A stretch of DNA of 64,000 bases from contig CP129475.1 in assembly GCA_030583785.1 (NCBI GenBank), positions 914,209-978,208 of the forward strand, given 5' to 3'. This DNA is from Candidatus Dojkabacteria bacterium (lineage in GTDB: Bacteria; Patescibacteriota; Dojkabacteria; B142; OLB20). Positions 9,334 to 17,986 of this stretch are shown here, piece after piece (within the stretch, counting starts at the first letter, position 1; every line of letters begins with the position of its first letter). The position numbers were made by a program, and so were the translations under genes. The notes beneath the pieces are model-generated. The model saw nothing but the letters and a program-made list of their open reading frames with translations, ran no database searches and was not told the DNA's origin.

Positions 9334-12031
9334 TTGGAATGAAATAAAAAAACGCGCCATAGAGTTCTCTAAATCGTGGGAAGGGGTCGAACGCGAGAAA
9401 GCAGAGGCACAAACCTTCTGGAATGAGTTCTTTGAGGTATTTGGACAAACTCGCAGGAAAGTCGCCATCTTAGAGCAGGAAGTTAAAAGACTAGATGAAT
9501 CCAAAGGCTATATTGACCTATTTTGGCCAAAGGTACTCTTGGCAGAGGCTAAATCCAAGGGCAAAGACCTGGTTAAAGCCAAAGAACAGGCGATTTCCTA
9601 CCTTCATGGCATCGAAGACAGTGAATTACCACAGTATATTTTGACCTCTGACTTTGATGCTATGTCCCTACTCGACCTTGAATCAGGTGAGTCGTGGCAG
9701 TTCAAAGTCGGGAAATTACACGAAAATATCAAACTATTTTCTTTTATTGCTGGCTATGCGAAAACTGACTTCAAGGAAGAGGACCCTGTAAACATAAAAG
9801 CTGCGGAATTAATGGGTAAATTACATGACAGCCTCACGGAAGCAGGTTATTCTGGACATACTTTGGAAGTTTTCCTGGTCAGAGTGCTATTTTGTTTATT
9901 TGCTGACGACACTGGCATTTTTGAAAAAGGTACTTTTTCTCAATACATTAGCAGCACCAAAGTTGACGGCACCGACGTTGGTCCCCAGCTTGCGCAGCTT
10001 TTCCAGTTGCTAGATACGCCAGAAGAAAAGCGGTTTAGAAACCTTGATGAAAATCTCGCTAGGTTCCCTTACGTTAACGGTAAGCTATTTGAGGAAGTCA
10101 TACCTATGGCTGGATTCGATAGCACCATGCGCGGGTCACTAATCGCCTGTTCACAGTTTGATTGGAGTCGTATATCACCTGCTGTGTTTGGTTCATTGTT
10201 CCAATCTGTAATGGACCAAAAAGCCCGCAGAAACCTCGGCGCGCACTATACCAGTGAATCAAACATTTTAAAGGTAATAAGGCCGCTTTTCTTGGATGAA
10301 CTGTGGCAAGAATTTGAGTTGGTAAAAAATAACAAACCAAAGCTAGCCCAGTTCCATGACAAAATTGCTGGCTTGAAATTTATGGACCCTGCCTGCGGTT
10401 GTGGTAACTTTTTGGTCATCACCTACCGAGAATTGCGCTTACTTGAGTTAGAGGTCGTTAAAAAGTTGGCTGGACATCAAAGGACCTTTGACATAACAAG
10501 CCTCGTTAAACTCAACGTAGACAGCTTTTACGGTATAGAAATTGAGGAATTCCCAGCCAGAATCGCTGAAGTAGCCATGTGGCTAGTTGACCACCAAATG
10601 AACGTCAGATTCTCAGAAGAACTTGGGCAGTATTTTGTTCGTTTGCCGTTAAAAAAATCTGCCAACATAATTCACGGCAACGCCCTTCAAATCGACTGGC
10701 AATCTATCGTAAAACCTTCTGAGCTGTCATACATACTAGGCAACCCACCTTTCGTCGGCAAACAAATGCGAAGCAGAGAACAAACTGAAGACCAGCTTAA
10801 AGTAATGGCAGGTATAAAAGGAGCAGGTGTGCTAGATTTCGTAGCTTGCTGGTATATAAAAGCGGCACAGTACATCCAAAATACTGCAATTAAAGTTGCA
10901 CTAGTATCCACAAATTCAATAACGCAGGGTGAACAGGTCGGAATTCTATGGAGCGAGCTATTTGCAAAGTATGGTATAAAAATCCACTTCGCCCACCGCA
11001 CATTCCAATGGAACAGCGAGGCCAGGGGTAAAGCCGCCGTACACGTCGTAATTATAGGTTTTGCTAACTTCGACGACACGACGAAATACATATTTGAATA
11101 TGACCACATTCAGTCAGAGCCACATAAAATTAAAGTCAAAAACATAAACCCCTATTTGGTTGAAGGTAAAGAGTTAACAGTTCCCCTTAGGCGTAATCCC
11201 ATTTGTGATGTACCACGCATGGATTATGGAAGTACACCAAGGGATTTTAACCATTTAGTTTTGTCTTCTGATGAAAAAGAGGCATTAATCAGTGCGGAAC
11301 CTTTGGCAAAAAGATTTATCCGCCCATTCATAGGTTCATTTGAGTTTATTAATAACGTCAAAAGATACTGTTTATGGCTTGAAAATGTAACACCAAGTGA
11401 GCTCAACCAACTCCCGCTTGTGAAAGCAAGGGTTGAATTGGTGCGCAAAGATAGAAATCTAAGTGAAAGAGCTGGAACTAAGAAAATGGCCGAATATCCA
11501 ACTCTATTCGCGGAAAACCGTCAGCCTGACACGGATTATCTAGTTGTACCTCTAGTATCGTCAGTTAATAGAACTTATGTGCCTATTGGTTTCATGGATA
11601 AAAGTACAGTTACAAATAACCAGGTTTCAATAGTTCCTGAAGCTGGATTGTTTCACTTCGCAGTCATACAATCCTTAATGCACATGACATGGATGAGGTA
11701 TATTGCAGGACGATTAAAAAGCGATTACAGATATTCAAATTCATTGGTATACAATAATTTCCCTTGGCCAGCCAGCATCACAGATGACCTAAAAAGTCGA
11801 ATTGAATTTAAAGCACAGGAAGTGCTTAATATTAGGGCAGATTTTAATGATTCGACACTTGGTGAATTATATAACTCTCTGACAATGCCAGCTAAACTGC
11901 TAAAAGCACATAAGGAATTAGACAAATTAGTCGACAAGGCATATCGCAAAGACACCTTTGGTGATGACCGCGAGCGTATTGAGTTTTTGTTTGAGCTGTA
12001 TGCTGGCTTAACGCAAGCCCCAATCCAATAG
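9323..12031 (+). CDS. MmeI-family type IIL restriction-modification enzyme (fused endonuclease + N6-adenine methyltransferase + TRD)
   Basis: The N-terminus MALSWNEIKKRAIEFSKSWEGVEREKAEAQTFWNEFFEVFG...IDLFWPKVLLAEAKSKGKDL matches the MmeI N-terminal PD-ExK nuclease. An NPPF motif (LGNPPFVGKQ) and an FxGxG SAM region (MDPACGCGNFLV) are present. The 902-aa size fits the family. Confidence 0.85.
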   Translation: MALSWNEIKKRAIEFSKSWEGVEREKAEAQTFWNEFFEVFGQTRRKVAILEQEVKRLDESKGYIDLFWPKVLLAEAKSKGKDLVKAKEQAISYLHGIEDSELPQYILTSDFDAMSLLDLESGESWQFKVGKLHENIKLFSFIAGYAKTDFKEEDPVNIKAAELMGKLHDSLTEAGYSGHTLEVFLVRVLFCLFADDTGIFEKGTFSQYISSTKVDGTDVGPQLAQLFQLLDTPEEKRFRNLDENLARFPYVNGKLFEEVIPMAGFDSTMRGSLIACSQFDWSRISPAVFGSLFQSVMDQKARRNLGAHYTSESNILKVIRPLFLDELWQEFELVKNNKPKLAQFHDKIAGLKFMDPACGCGNFLVITYRELRLLELEVVKKLAGHQRTFDITSLVKLNVDSFYGIEIEEFPARIAEVAMWLVDHQMNVRFSEELGQYFVRLPLKKSANIIHGNALQIDWQSIVKPSELSYILGNPPFVGKQMRSREQTEDQLKVMAGIKGAGVLDFVACWYIKAAQYIQNTAIKVALVSTNSITQGEQVGILWSELFAKYGIKIHFAHRTFQWNSEARGKAAVHVVIIGFANFDDTTKYIFEYDHIQSEPHKIKVKNINPYLVEGKELTVPLRRNPICDVPRMDYGSTPRDFNHLVLSSDEKEALISAEPLAKRFIRPFIGSFEFINNVKRYCLWLENVTPSELNQLPLVKARVELVRKDRNLSERAGTKKMAEYPTLFAENRQPDTDYLVVPLVSSVNRTYVPIGFMDKSTVTNNQVSIVPEAGLFHFAVIQSLMHMTWMRYIAGRLKSDYRYSNSLVYNNFPWPASITDDLKSRIEFKAQEVLNIRADFNDSTLGELYNSLTMPAKLLKAHKELDKLVDKAYRKDTFGDDRERIEFLFELYAGLTQAPIQ

Positions 12032-12079
12032 GCTTACTTATCTACATCTGTTCTCTCTGAAGGCTTTTAGCGTTTAACC

Positions 12080-12108
12080 TTGTGTTTTAGAATTTGTAGG
12101 TGTATAAT
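12080..12108 (+). promoter_or_regulatory. Candidate promoter of the higB operon (TTGTGT - 17 bp - TATAAT)
   Basis: -35 TTGTGT at 12080-12085 and a perfect -10 TATAAT at 12103-12108, about 40 bp upstream of the higB ATG. Confidence 0.45.
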
Positions 12109-12124
12109 TTCCCAAAATGGGAAA
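12108..12124. promoter_or_regulatory. Inverted repeat TTTCCCA-aaa-TGGGAAA overlapping the predicted transcription start; candidate antitoxin operator
   Basis: A perfect 7-bp inverted repeat with a 3-bp spacer sits immediately after the -10 element. Type II TA operons are typically autoregulated through such palindromes. Confidence 0.35.
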
Positions 12125-12150
12125 AGATAATCAATCATTAAAACTGAATA

Positions 12151-12438
12151 ATGAAACTAGTAGGAATGCCAATTTTAAGTGAGTTTAAATCGAAGCATGC
12201 GGATGTGAAGTCACCAATCGACTCATGGGTGCAAGAAGTAAAAGCGGCGCAATGGCAGAACACTCACGACGTAAAGGCAAGGTACTCATCGGCTGACTTC
12301 TTTAAAGGCAATCGCGTAGTAATTAACTTGAAGGGTAATAAATATAGACTACTTTTTCGAGTTAATTATCAGGTGAAAGTGGTACAGGTGGAGAAAGTCG
12401 GCACACATAATGAATACAATAAGTGGAATTTAAATTAG
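12151..12438 (+). CDS. higB: HigB toxin (RelE/ParE superfamily mRNA interferase)
   Basis: 95 aa; FKGNRVVINLKGNKYRLLFRVNYQVKVVQVEKVGTHNEY matches the HigB signature. It sits upstream of a HigA-like gene and overlaps it by 16 nt. Confidence 0.75.
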   Translation: MKLVGMPILSEFKSKHADVKSPIDSWVQEVKAAQWQNTHDVKARYSSADFFKGNRVVINLKGNKYRLLFRVNYQVKVVQVEKVGTHNEYNKWNLN

Positions 12439-13658
12439 CGAACAAAATTATGGCAATAAAAGTAATAAAAACAGATGAAGAATACCAGGAGGCATTGGAA
12501 CTCTTAACTGCCCTCATGGCAAAAGACATTGAACCTCATTCAAGCGAGGCCGAAACCCTTGAATTGCTTGCAGCACTCATCGAGGATTACGAAGAAACAA
12601 TGTGGGGCGAAAATATCCCTGACCCAATTGATGCATTGCAGTTTAGAATGGAACAACAAGGGCTAACAGCCGACGACCTTGTTCCTTATATTGGTAGTCG
12701 TAGCAAAGTATCTGAAGTCCTATCGCGAAAGAGGCCGTTAAGTCTGAATATGCTCAAATCACTGCAAACTGGATTAGGGATTCCTGCAAATGTTCTTTTA
12801 AATCAGCCGAGAACCCAGGAGTTTAAAGGGGTTGATATAGAGCAGTTCCCTTTGAAAGAAATGATAAAAAGGGGTTATATCCAGGGCAAAATTGACGAAG
12901 GGCTAGATTATTTAGAAAAAAAGGTAAATGAATTTCTAAGCCCAGTCTTGGATAGTACTCACATTTCGACACTATTAAGTAAGACCTCCTATATTCGCTC
13001 ATCTAGGCCAATGAGTAGGCATGCCTTAATTGCGTGGGTAGCTGAAGTAATGCGTAAAGCAGAACAGAAAGAAAATATCGTTGAATTTGATGTAGCCTAT
13101 TTGGACAAAAACCTTCTCAATCAAGTAATAAAATTCAGTTCGGAAGATGGTGGTATTAATAAAGCCATAAAATATATTGAAGAAAATGGCATCTCAGTTG
13201 TCGTTGAACCCCATCTGCCTAAAACATATTTGGATGGTGCGGCTATTATGATTGATGGTAAAAACCCAGTAATAGGTTTAACCATTCGACATGACCGACT
13301 CGACAATTTTTGGTTTACCCTATTACATGAGTTATCTCATATCGTTTTGCATTACGATGAAGGAGTCCATCTATTCTATGACGACCTAGACACAATCGAC
13401 AGCACTAATCCAAAAGAAAAAGAAGCTGATGATTTAGCTATTAATACAATGATACCTTTAGACAAATGGAAAGTCAGTCCAGCTAGCATATTACCTTCTC
13501 CCGATGCAGCTAAACTGCTCGCAAACCAATTAGGGATACATATATCAATTGTTGCGGGACGAATGAGATACGAAAGAAAGCAGTACCAATTCCTAAATGA
13601 ACTAATTGGAAAAGGTGAAGTGCGTAAATATTTTCCAGAGGTGAAATGGGAGGTATGA
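12423..13658 (+). CDS. higA: HigA-like antitoxin (XRE HTH) fused to an ImmA/IrrE-family (COG2856, DUF955) HEXXH metallopeptidase domain
   Basis: The N-terminal ~135 aa align with HigA (EEYQEALELLTALM...IGSRSKVSEVLSRKRPLSLNMLKSLQTGLGIPANVLL). The C-terminal ~270 aa carry the HELSHIVLH zinc-peptidase motif. The start may be the internal Met at 12450. Confidence 0.7.
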   Translation: MEFKLANKIMAIKVIKTDEEYQEALELLTALMAKDIEPHSSEAETLELLAALIEDYEETMWGENIPDPIDALQFRMEQQGLTADDLVPYIGSRSKVSEVLSRKRPLSLNMLKSLQTGLGIPANVLLNQPRTQEFKGVDIEQFPLKEMIKRGYIQGKIDEGLDYLEKKVNEFLSPVLDSTHISTLLSKTSYIRSSRPMSRHALIAWVAEVMRKAEQKENIVEFDVAYLDKNLLNQVIKFSSEDGGINKAIKYIEENGISVVVEPHLPKTYLDGAAIMIDGKNPVIGLTIRHDRLDNFWFTLLHELSHIVLHYDEGVHLFYDDLDTIDSTNPKEKEADDLAINTMIPLDKWKVSPASILPSPDAAKLLANQLGIHISIVAGRMRYERKQYQFLNELIGKGEVRKYFPEVKWEV

Positions 13659-13659
13659 A

Positions 13660-14736
13660 ATGGAACATAATCAGAAATACATGCCAATACTACGATGGAA
13701 AAAAGCTGAGAGAGATGCATTAAAGTCGTTATCGGACGACCAAAAGAAAAACATCGTGCCGCTGTTTGAAATGGTTCCTAAAAGGATAACTGACCCCAAG
13801 AACAAGGACAACAAGTTACCAATGCCACCTAAACAGAATCTCGGCAATTGCATTGCATTCATACATAAAGAATTGACTGATATGAAAGTGCTATTGGACG
13901 TTACACATGTATATCCAAAGAAAGCAGAAGCGTTTGATGAAATGAGCATACCGACTACCTTATTTGGTAACAACCTTGTCCCAGTATTAAATTTGAATGA
14001 CATCAGAGCAGAGAACTTTAGCACAAATGTAAAAACCTTTTTTCGCAATCAAGGTATATGTCTAAGAGTAAAGTATAAGGAGATAGATGATAGTTTTTGG
14101 AATAGCGTAGACAACGAATTAACGGGCCTTGGCCTGACCAGACAGGATGTTGATTTTGTCATGGATTATGGGATTGCAAGCGTGAACCAAAAGGATGAAA
14201 TGCACAAGATAGTCAGTGATACCGACAAGACCACGGGATGGCGTAGCTATTTCTTTGCTAGTGGAGCTTTTCCTAAAGATTTACAAAAGATTACGCCTGG
14301 GAAAAAAGAGGAACTCGCACGAATCGACTGGACAAATTGGACTGACCTACTTAATCAAAACCCAGAACTACGATTACCGGGATTTAGCGACTACACGATT
14401 CAATATGCGGAGTATCACGAACCACCTGAAAAGGCTTTCCCAAGCTACAGCATAAGGTATACAGCACCAAATAAGTGGATTATTATGCGTGGACAAGGGT
14501 CAAATGCCCAAAATAGCGCTGGAGATAAACAATACTACGCGCATTCGGTCCTTTTAGTCATGGAAAGCGATTTCGCAGGTGCGAGTTGCTGTGAAAGCGA
14601 TAAAGACATCATCGCCCTAAGCCAAAATCCTGATGGCAAAATGGGAACACCCCAAAGCTGGATAAGAGCTGGGATAAGACATCACATTGTAGTTACGTTA
14701 AAGGGAGTAGAAAGCGTTTTGTCTTCTGGTAACTAG
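13660..14736 (+). CDS. Uncharacterised 358-aa protein, translationally coupled to higA (possibly Beta-protein/sce7725-like family)
   Basis: The ATG at 13660 lies 1 nt after the higA stop. N-terminus MEHNQKYMPILRWKKAERDALKSL. No catalytic motif was recognised. The family guess is from memory only. Confidence 0.45.
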   Translation: MEHNQKYMPILRWKKAERDALKSLSDDQKKNIVPLFEMVPKRITDPKNKDNKLPMPPKQNLGNCIAFIHKELTDMKVLLDVTHVYPKKAEAFDEMSIPTTLFGNNLVPVLNLNDIRAENFSTNVKTFFRNQGICLRVKYKEIDDSFWNSVDNELTGLGLTRQDVDFVMDYGIASVNQKDEMHKIVSDTDKTTGWRSYFFASGAFPKDLQKITPGKKEELARIDWTNWTDLLNQNPELRLPGFSDYTIQYAEYHEPPEKAFPSYSIRYTAPNKWIIMRGQGSNAQNSAGDKQYYAHSVLLVMESDFAGASCCESDKDIIALSQNPDGKMGTPQSWIRAGIRHHIVVTLKGVESVLSSGN

Positions 14737-15288
14737 ACACTCTCTTACAGAGGCTTTAAGCTCTCTTTCTGTAAAATTCTTCACCAACACTTCACAGATT
14801 TCCTTTTTATTTTTGCTATTCATGCCGTGAGCCAGATTTCTTCTTTTTAGGATATCAAGTGCTTCCGTTTTCCAGAGCATATTAGCAATAGTTAGCAAAT
14901 CCTGTGCTGGGTTTTCTTCTGCATTGCGCACACTAATAAGTTTAGGTTCATATTCGCTGTCTACTACTTTAGCTATAGTTATACCCCACCAATCTGGAAT
15001 CATTCTCAGTGCCTCAACCACATGACTTTTGCCAACCACAAGCGTAACTTTGTCGAAGATTAAGTTGTATGTGTTGGCCTGTGCAGAAAGTCTAAAAAGG
15101 TTATCCAAATCACCTTTTAGTTCATAACAGTGCATTATTCCATTAATAACTGCTATATCTGCTCTTACACTTCCATTGGAAATAGAAAACTCTGGAATAA
15201 TTGCCGTGTCAGGACCATTATATTTATTCTGAAGTTCCGACATTAACACCTTTCTTATTGTTTTGTCGCGAGTAATAAAATTATTCAT
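14698..15288 (-). CDS. sce7726-family-like protein (uncharacterised; usually paired with an sce7725-family gene)
   Basis: VRADIAVINGIMHCYELKGDLDNLFRLSAQANTYNLIFDKVTLVVGKSHVVEALRMIPDWWGI matches the remembered sce7726 signature (vRvDiAvvNG..hGyEiKsd.D.L.RL..Q...Y....D.vtLVvg..H...a....PdWWG). It converges on the upstream gene and overlaps it by 39 nt. Confidence 0.45.
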   Translation of the reverse strand: MNNFITRDKTIRKVLMSELQNKYNGPDTAIIPEFSISNGSVRADIAVINGIMHCYELKGDLDNLFRLSAQANTYNLIFDKVTLVVGKSHVVEALRMIPDWWGITIAKVVDSEYEPKLISVRNAEENPAQDLLTIANMLWKTEALDILKRRNLAHGMNSKNKKEICEVLVKNFTERELKASVRECLVTRRQNAFYSL

Positions 15289-15386
15289 ATAGCAGTTTTA
15301 CTTACAGTATAAATTTTTGCGATAATGACATCAACAATTTAAGCGCCTAACCCCATAAATTTCGGTTTATGGGTATGGACATAAGA

Positions 15387-15521
15387 CCTTGCGAGTATAG
15401 ACGGTTCCATCCGTCCAGATTTGCTCGCAAGGCCTTCAGGGGAAACTCTGATGCTGGATTGGGTGGGACCATTTTTGTGGTTTCCCAGTCCAGCATCGCT
15501 AAACGTATTTTATTTTTTAGC
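15387..15521 (+). promoter_or_regulatory. Highly structured leader: three consecutive hairpins immediately upstream of the ATG at 15531
   Basis: Hairpin 1: ccttgcgag (15387-15395) pairs with ctcgcaagg (15424-15432), with a nested gacgg/ccgtc stem. Hairpin 2: gatgctggattggg (15450-15463) pairs with cccagtccagcatc (15484-15497). Hairpin 3: gctaaa (15498-15503) pairs with tttagc (15516-15521) across a U-rich loop. Confidence 0.35.
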
Positions 15522-15530
15522 AACTGGACT

Positions 15531-16394
15531 ATGCGAATTCCATTTCCCAAAAGCAAGCCTGCAATTGCGGTAATAATAATCGTTGGTATTTTAGTACTCT
15601 GCTCAATCTGCTGCGTGTCAGCTATTCTTATTGCTCCTTCATTGCCTACAACACTTAAACTGACGTCTTCGCCGACGACTTCGTGGGACTCAAAGGAACC
15701 AACCCAGACAGTTAAATTCGATTGTACAAATGCTCAAAAAATCACGCTAAACGGCTCTCAGTTAAACGAAAAGGATAAAAATGAACTTTGTATTGGCAAT
15801 GGTTATAAACTCGATTTGCAGAATGGTCAGAACACTTTTACTTTTGTTGCTAGCCATGAGCGTGGTGACGTTGTGACAGTAGAATTAAAAATCAGTTTTG
15901 ACAAGAAAGCCTATGAGGATAGGTTGGCCGCCGAAGAAAAACAACGGCAAGAAGAGGAAGCTAAACGTAAGCAAAAAGAAGCCGATGACAAGGCAAAAGC
16001 CGAAGCTGAGGCTAACAAACCCAAAGTCGGTGACTCTCTTTTGGGGCCGAGTTACGAAGATATTAAAGCGGAGTATGAAAAGCAAAATAAACTTTCGAGT
16101 TACAAGGGTATGCAATATTTAGAGAGTTTAAAAGGTACCAAGATTGTCTGGGTGGCAGAAATAGGCGATGTCGACGAAGAATCGTTTGGAGATGATTTAT
16201 ACATCTCCTTGCTACTTTCGACTGGCATAGTTCAAAATAAACTAGCTTTTGTCGATAATCCCAAGCCCGAATACCTCAATTTGAATATGAAAACAGTAGT
16301 TAAGGTCACAGGCACGATAAAAGAGGTCAACACAAATTTTTTAGGACAAACAGTCTACATTAATGGTGACGCGACTTTCGAGGTTATCAACTAA
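15531..16394 (+). CDS. Membrane-anchored protein with a Lys/Glu-rich coiled-coil segment (hypothetical)
   Basis: Start set at the internal Met (MRIPFPKSKPAIAVIIIVGILVLCS TM helix). The central region reads KKAYEDRLAAEEKQRQEEEAKRKQKEADDKAKAEAEANK. The listed ORF start at 15369 spans the hairpin region. Confidence 0.45.
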   Translation: MRIPFPKSKPAIAVIIIVGILVLCSICCVSAILIAPSLPTTLKLTSSPTTSWDSKEPTQTVKFDCTNAQKITLNGSQLNEKDKNELCIGNGYKLDLQNGQNTFTFVASHERGDVVTVELKISFDKKAYEDRLAAEEKQRQEEEAKRKQKEADDKAKAEAEANKPKVGDSLLGPSYEDIKAEYEKQNKLSSYKGMQYLESLKGTKIVWVAEIGDVDEESFGDDLYISLLLSTGIVQNKLAFVDNPKPEYLNLNMKTVVKVTGTIKEVNTNFLGQTVYINGDATFEVIN

Positions 16395-16458
16395 CTACGT
16401 TTTATCTTAAATTGAACAAACGTGTGGAACGCCATGTGAGCAGCGGCTATAATGTGCT

Positions 16459-16800
16459 ATGGCTAGACCAACTAAACTCGACCAAATAACAGTCAAAAAA
16501 CTCGAAGAGGCATTTGCCGTAGGAGCAACTGTACCAGAAGCCTGTTTTAATGCGGGTATTAGTAAACAGACATACTACAACTGGACGGGAGAAAACCCTG
16601 AGTTATTGGACCGTTTTGAAGCATTGCAACAATCACCGATTTTGAGGGCTAGGAAGGCGGTATATGAGGGATTGGCAAATGACCCACATTTCGCATTAAA
16701 GTTCCTTGAAAGGAAGCTCAAGGGCGAATTTGGAATAAATCCAAACATAGCCGACACTGGTCACGAAATAAATATTGTCATTAGGAGGAAGCAAAATTAA
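16459..16800 (+). CDS. Phage terminase small-subunit-like HTH protein
   Basis: 113 aa; MARPTKLDQITVKKLEEAFAVGATVPEACFNAGISKQTYYNW...ENPELLDRFEALQ...KFLERK resembles phage TerS-like HTH proteins (PTKYTPEL...ICEAxGISxxTxYxWxxxNPEFxxxxxxAR...WxLERR). Confidence 0.45.
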   Translation: MARPTKLDQITVKKLEEAFAVGATVPEACFNAGISKQTYYNWTGENPELLDRFEALQQSPILRARKAVYEGLANDPHFALKFLERKLKGEFGINPNIADTGHEINIVIRRKQN

Positions 16801-16804
16801 ATAA

Positions 16805-17743
16805 ATGGAAAAGCCCGACATATTAGTATTTCGTGAGAAACGCTGGTTCCAACAATTTATTGGCAAAGAGTATGTTATCTACCACCGCCCTTTAAGCAAA
16901 GGGCAATCCGAATTGCACAGAGAGCTGACAGCTAGCCATGCAATTATGAAATCTCGGCAGTCAGAGGACGGGGAAAAGGAAAAATTTGTTATCTACGAAA
17001 TATTCCCGCATGAATTCCATCAATACTGCCAAGCCGAAATCGACAAACTTAGTGAGTGTAGAAAATCACAGGCCATTCAGACAAAAGAATTATTAGACCT
17101 GCTTGCCGCTGACTTTATCCAACACCAAAACACTGCGCCACTGGTCAACGAAGAGATTCTAGGGAGTTACAAGGCTAACCCTAAATTCGCGGCGGATTCA
17201 CCTAGCAATAGCCGCCATCGATTGAAGTTTAACGCGACCATGCGTCAATTGGAGCTTCAAGGGTATTTTAGGATTACTAACTTCGAGCTAGACGTATTCG
17301 CGACAGAAAAACCACTATCGCCTGAAAAAGCCCATGAACTAGAAAAGAAACCCGACCACAAAACAAAAACCGACTATCTACCTGCCGCTTACAGCAACTA
17401 CAAAATTAAATATCTTAGAGAATTTTCCGAATACGTCAGAAATGGCTATGGGAAAGAAACTGTGGAAATAGAGTTTGACCCTGAAAGTGGAGAAATCTGG
17501 TATGACGGCAAAAGTCGAAGTGTCGTCGGCAAGACTAGCCATTCCTACAAAGTTATAGCCGAATTTGCACTAGGCAAAAGCAGTGTTGAGATTAAGCAAT
17601 TATTTCCTGTTCAAAACGATAGTGATTTTAGACATGAGCTTGCGAAAGAGGTACGCAGGAAGATGGGTTTGTCAGCACAGCAGTTGAGAAATAAAGATGG
17701 AAACTTTATTTTGCAAAATGTTAGCGTAGCACCTAAAAAGTAA
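16805..17743 (+). CDS. Hypothetical protein (312 aa)
   Basis: ORF lying 5 nt after the TerS-like gene. No motif was recognised. Confidence 0.45.
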   Translation: MEKPDILVFREKRWFQQFIGKEYVIYHRPLSKGQSELHRELTASHAIMKSRQSEDGEKEKFVIYEIFPHEFHQYCQAEIDKLSECRKSQAIQTKELLDLLAADFIQHQNTAPLVNEEILGSYKANPKFAADSPSNSRHRLKFNATMRQLELQGYFRITNFELDVFATEKPLSPEKAHELEKKPDHKTKTDYLPAAYSNYKIKYLREFSEYVRNGYGKETVEIEFDPESGEIWYDGKSRSVVGKTSHSYKVIAEFALGKSSVEIKQLFPVQNDSDFRHELAKEVRRKMGLSAQQLRNKDGNFILQNVSVAPKK

Positions 17744-17986
17744 TTAGTTCTATCCCTACTTTTTCCCGCTTTTTTCCTAAGAATCCTACTTGATAGTTGG
17801 GATAGTGATTATGTGGAAAACACAGATATAAACTACAACGGCGAACCAATACGAAACCTACCAGCACTAGTTAAGGCTGTCCAGGTGGAAACCGCTAAAC
17901 GCTCGAGGACCAAACCCACCAAGGCTCTTTCAAAAAAACATAAATATCGAATGAAAGACAAGCTCGGAGAATATATAATGTAGTTA

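Noticed and set aside
15405-15420. 9-nt match between spacer 22741-22767 (…ccgacggttcc…) and the hairpin region at 15410
   Set aside because: A 9-mer match is expected several times by chance in a 64-kb window on two strands. The match does not extend, and there is no PAM context. Not evidence of self-targeting.
15369-15530. Extended N-terminus (from the ATG at 15369) for the 15531 gene
   Set aside because: The upstream 54 codons run through three strong hairpins and lack a membrane or signal character. The internal Met at 15531 immediately precedes the TM segment and is the more plausible start.
16459-16800. IS3-family OrfA transposase interpretation of the HTH protein (ISKQTYYNW)
   Set aside because: No adjacent OrfB/DDE transposase, frameshift site or inverted repeats. 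The NPELLDRF...KFLERK tail fits phage TerS-like HTH proteins better.
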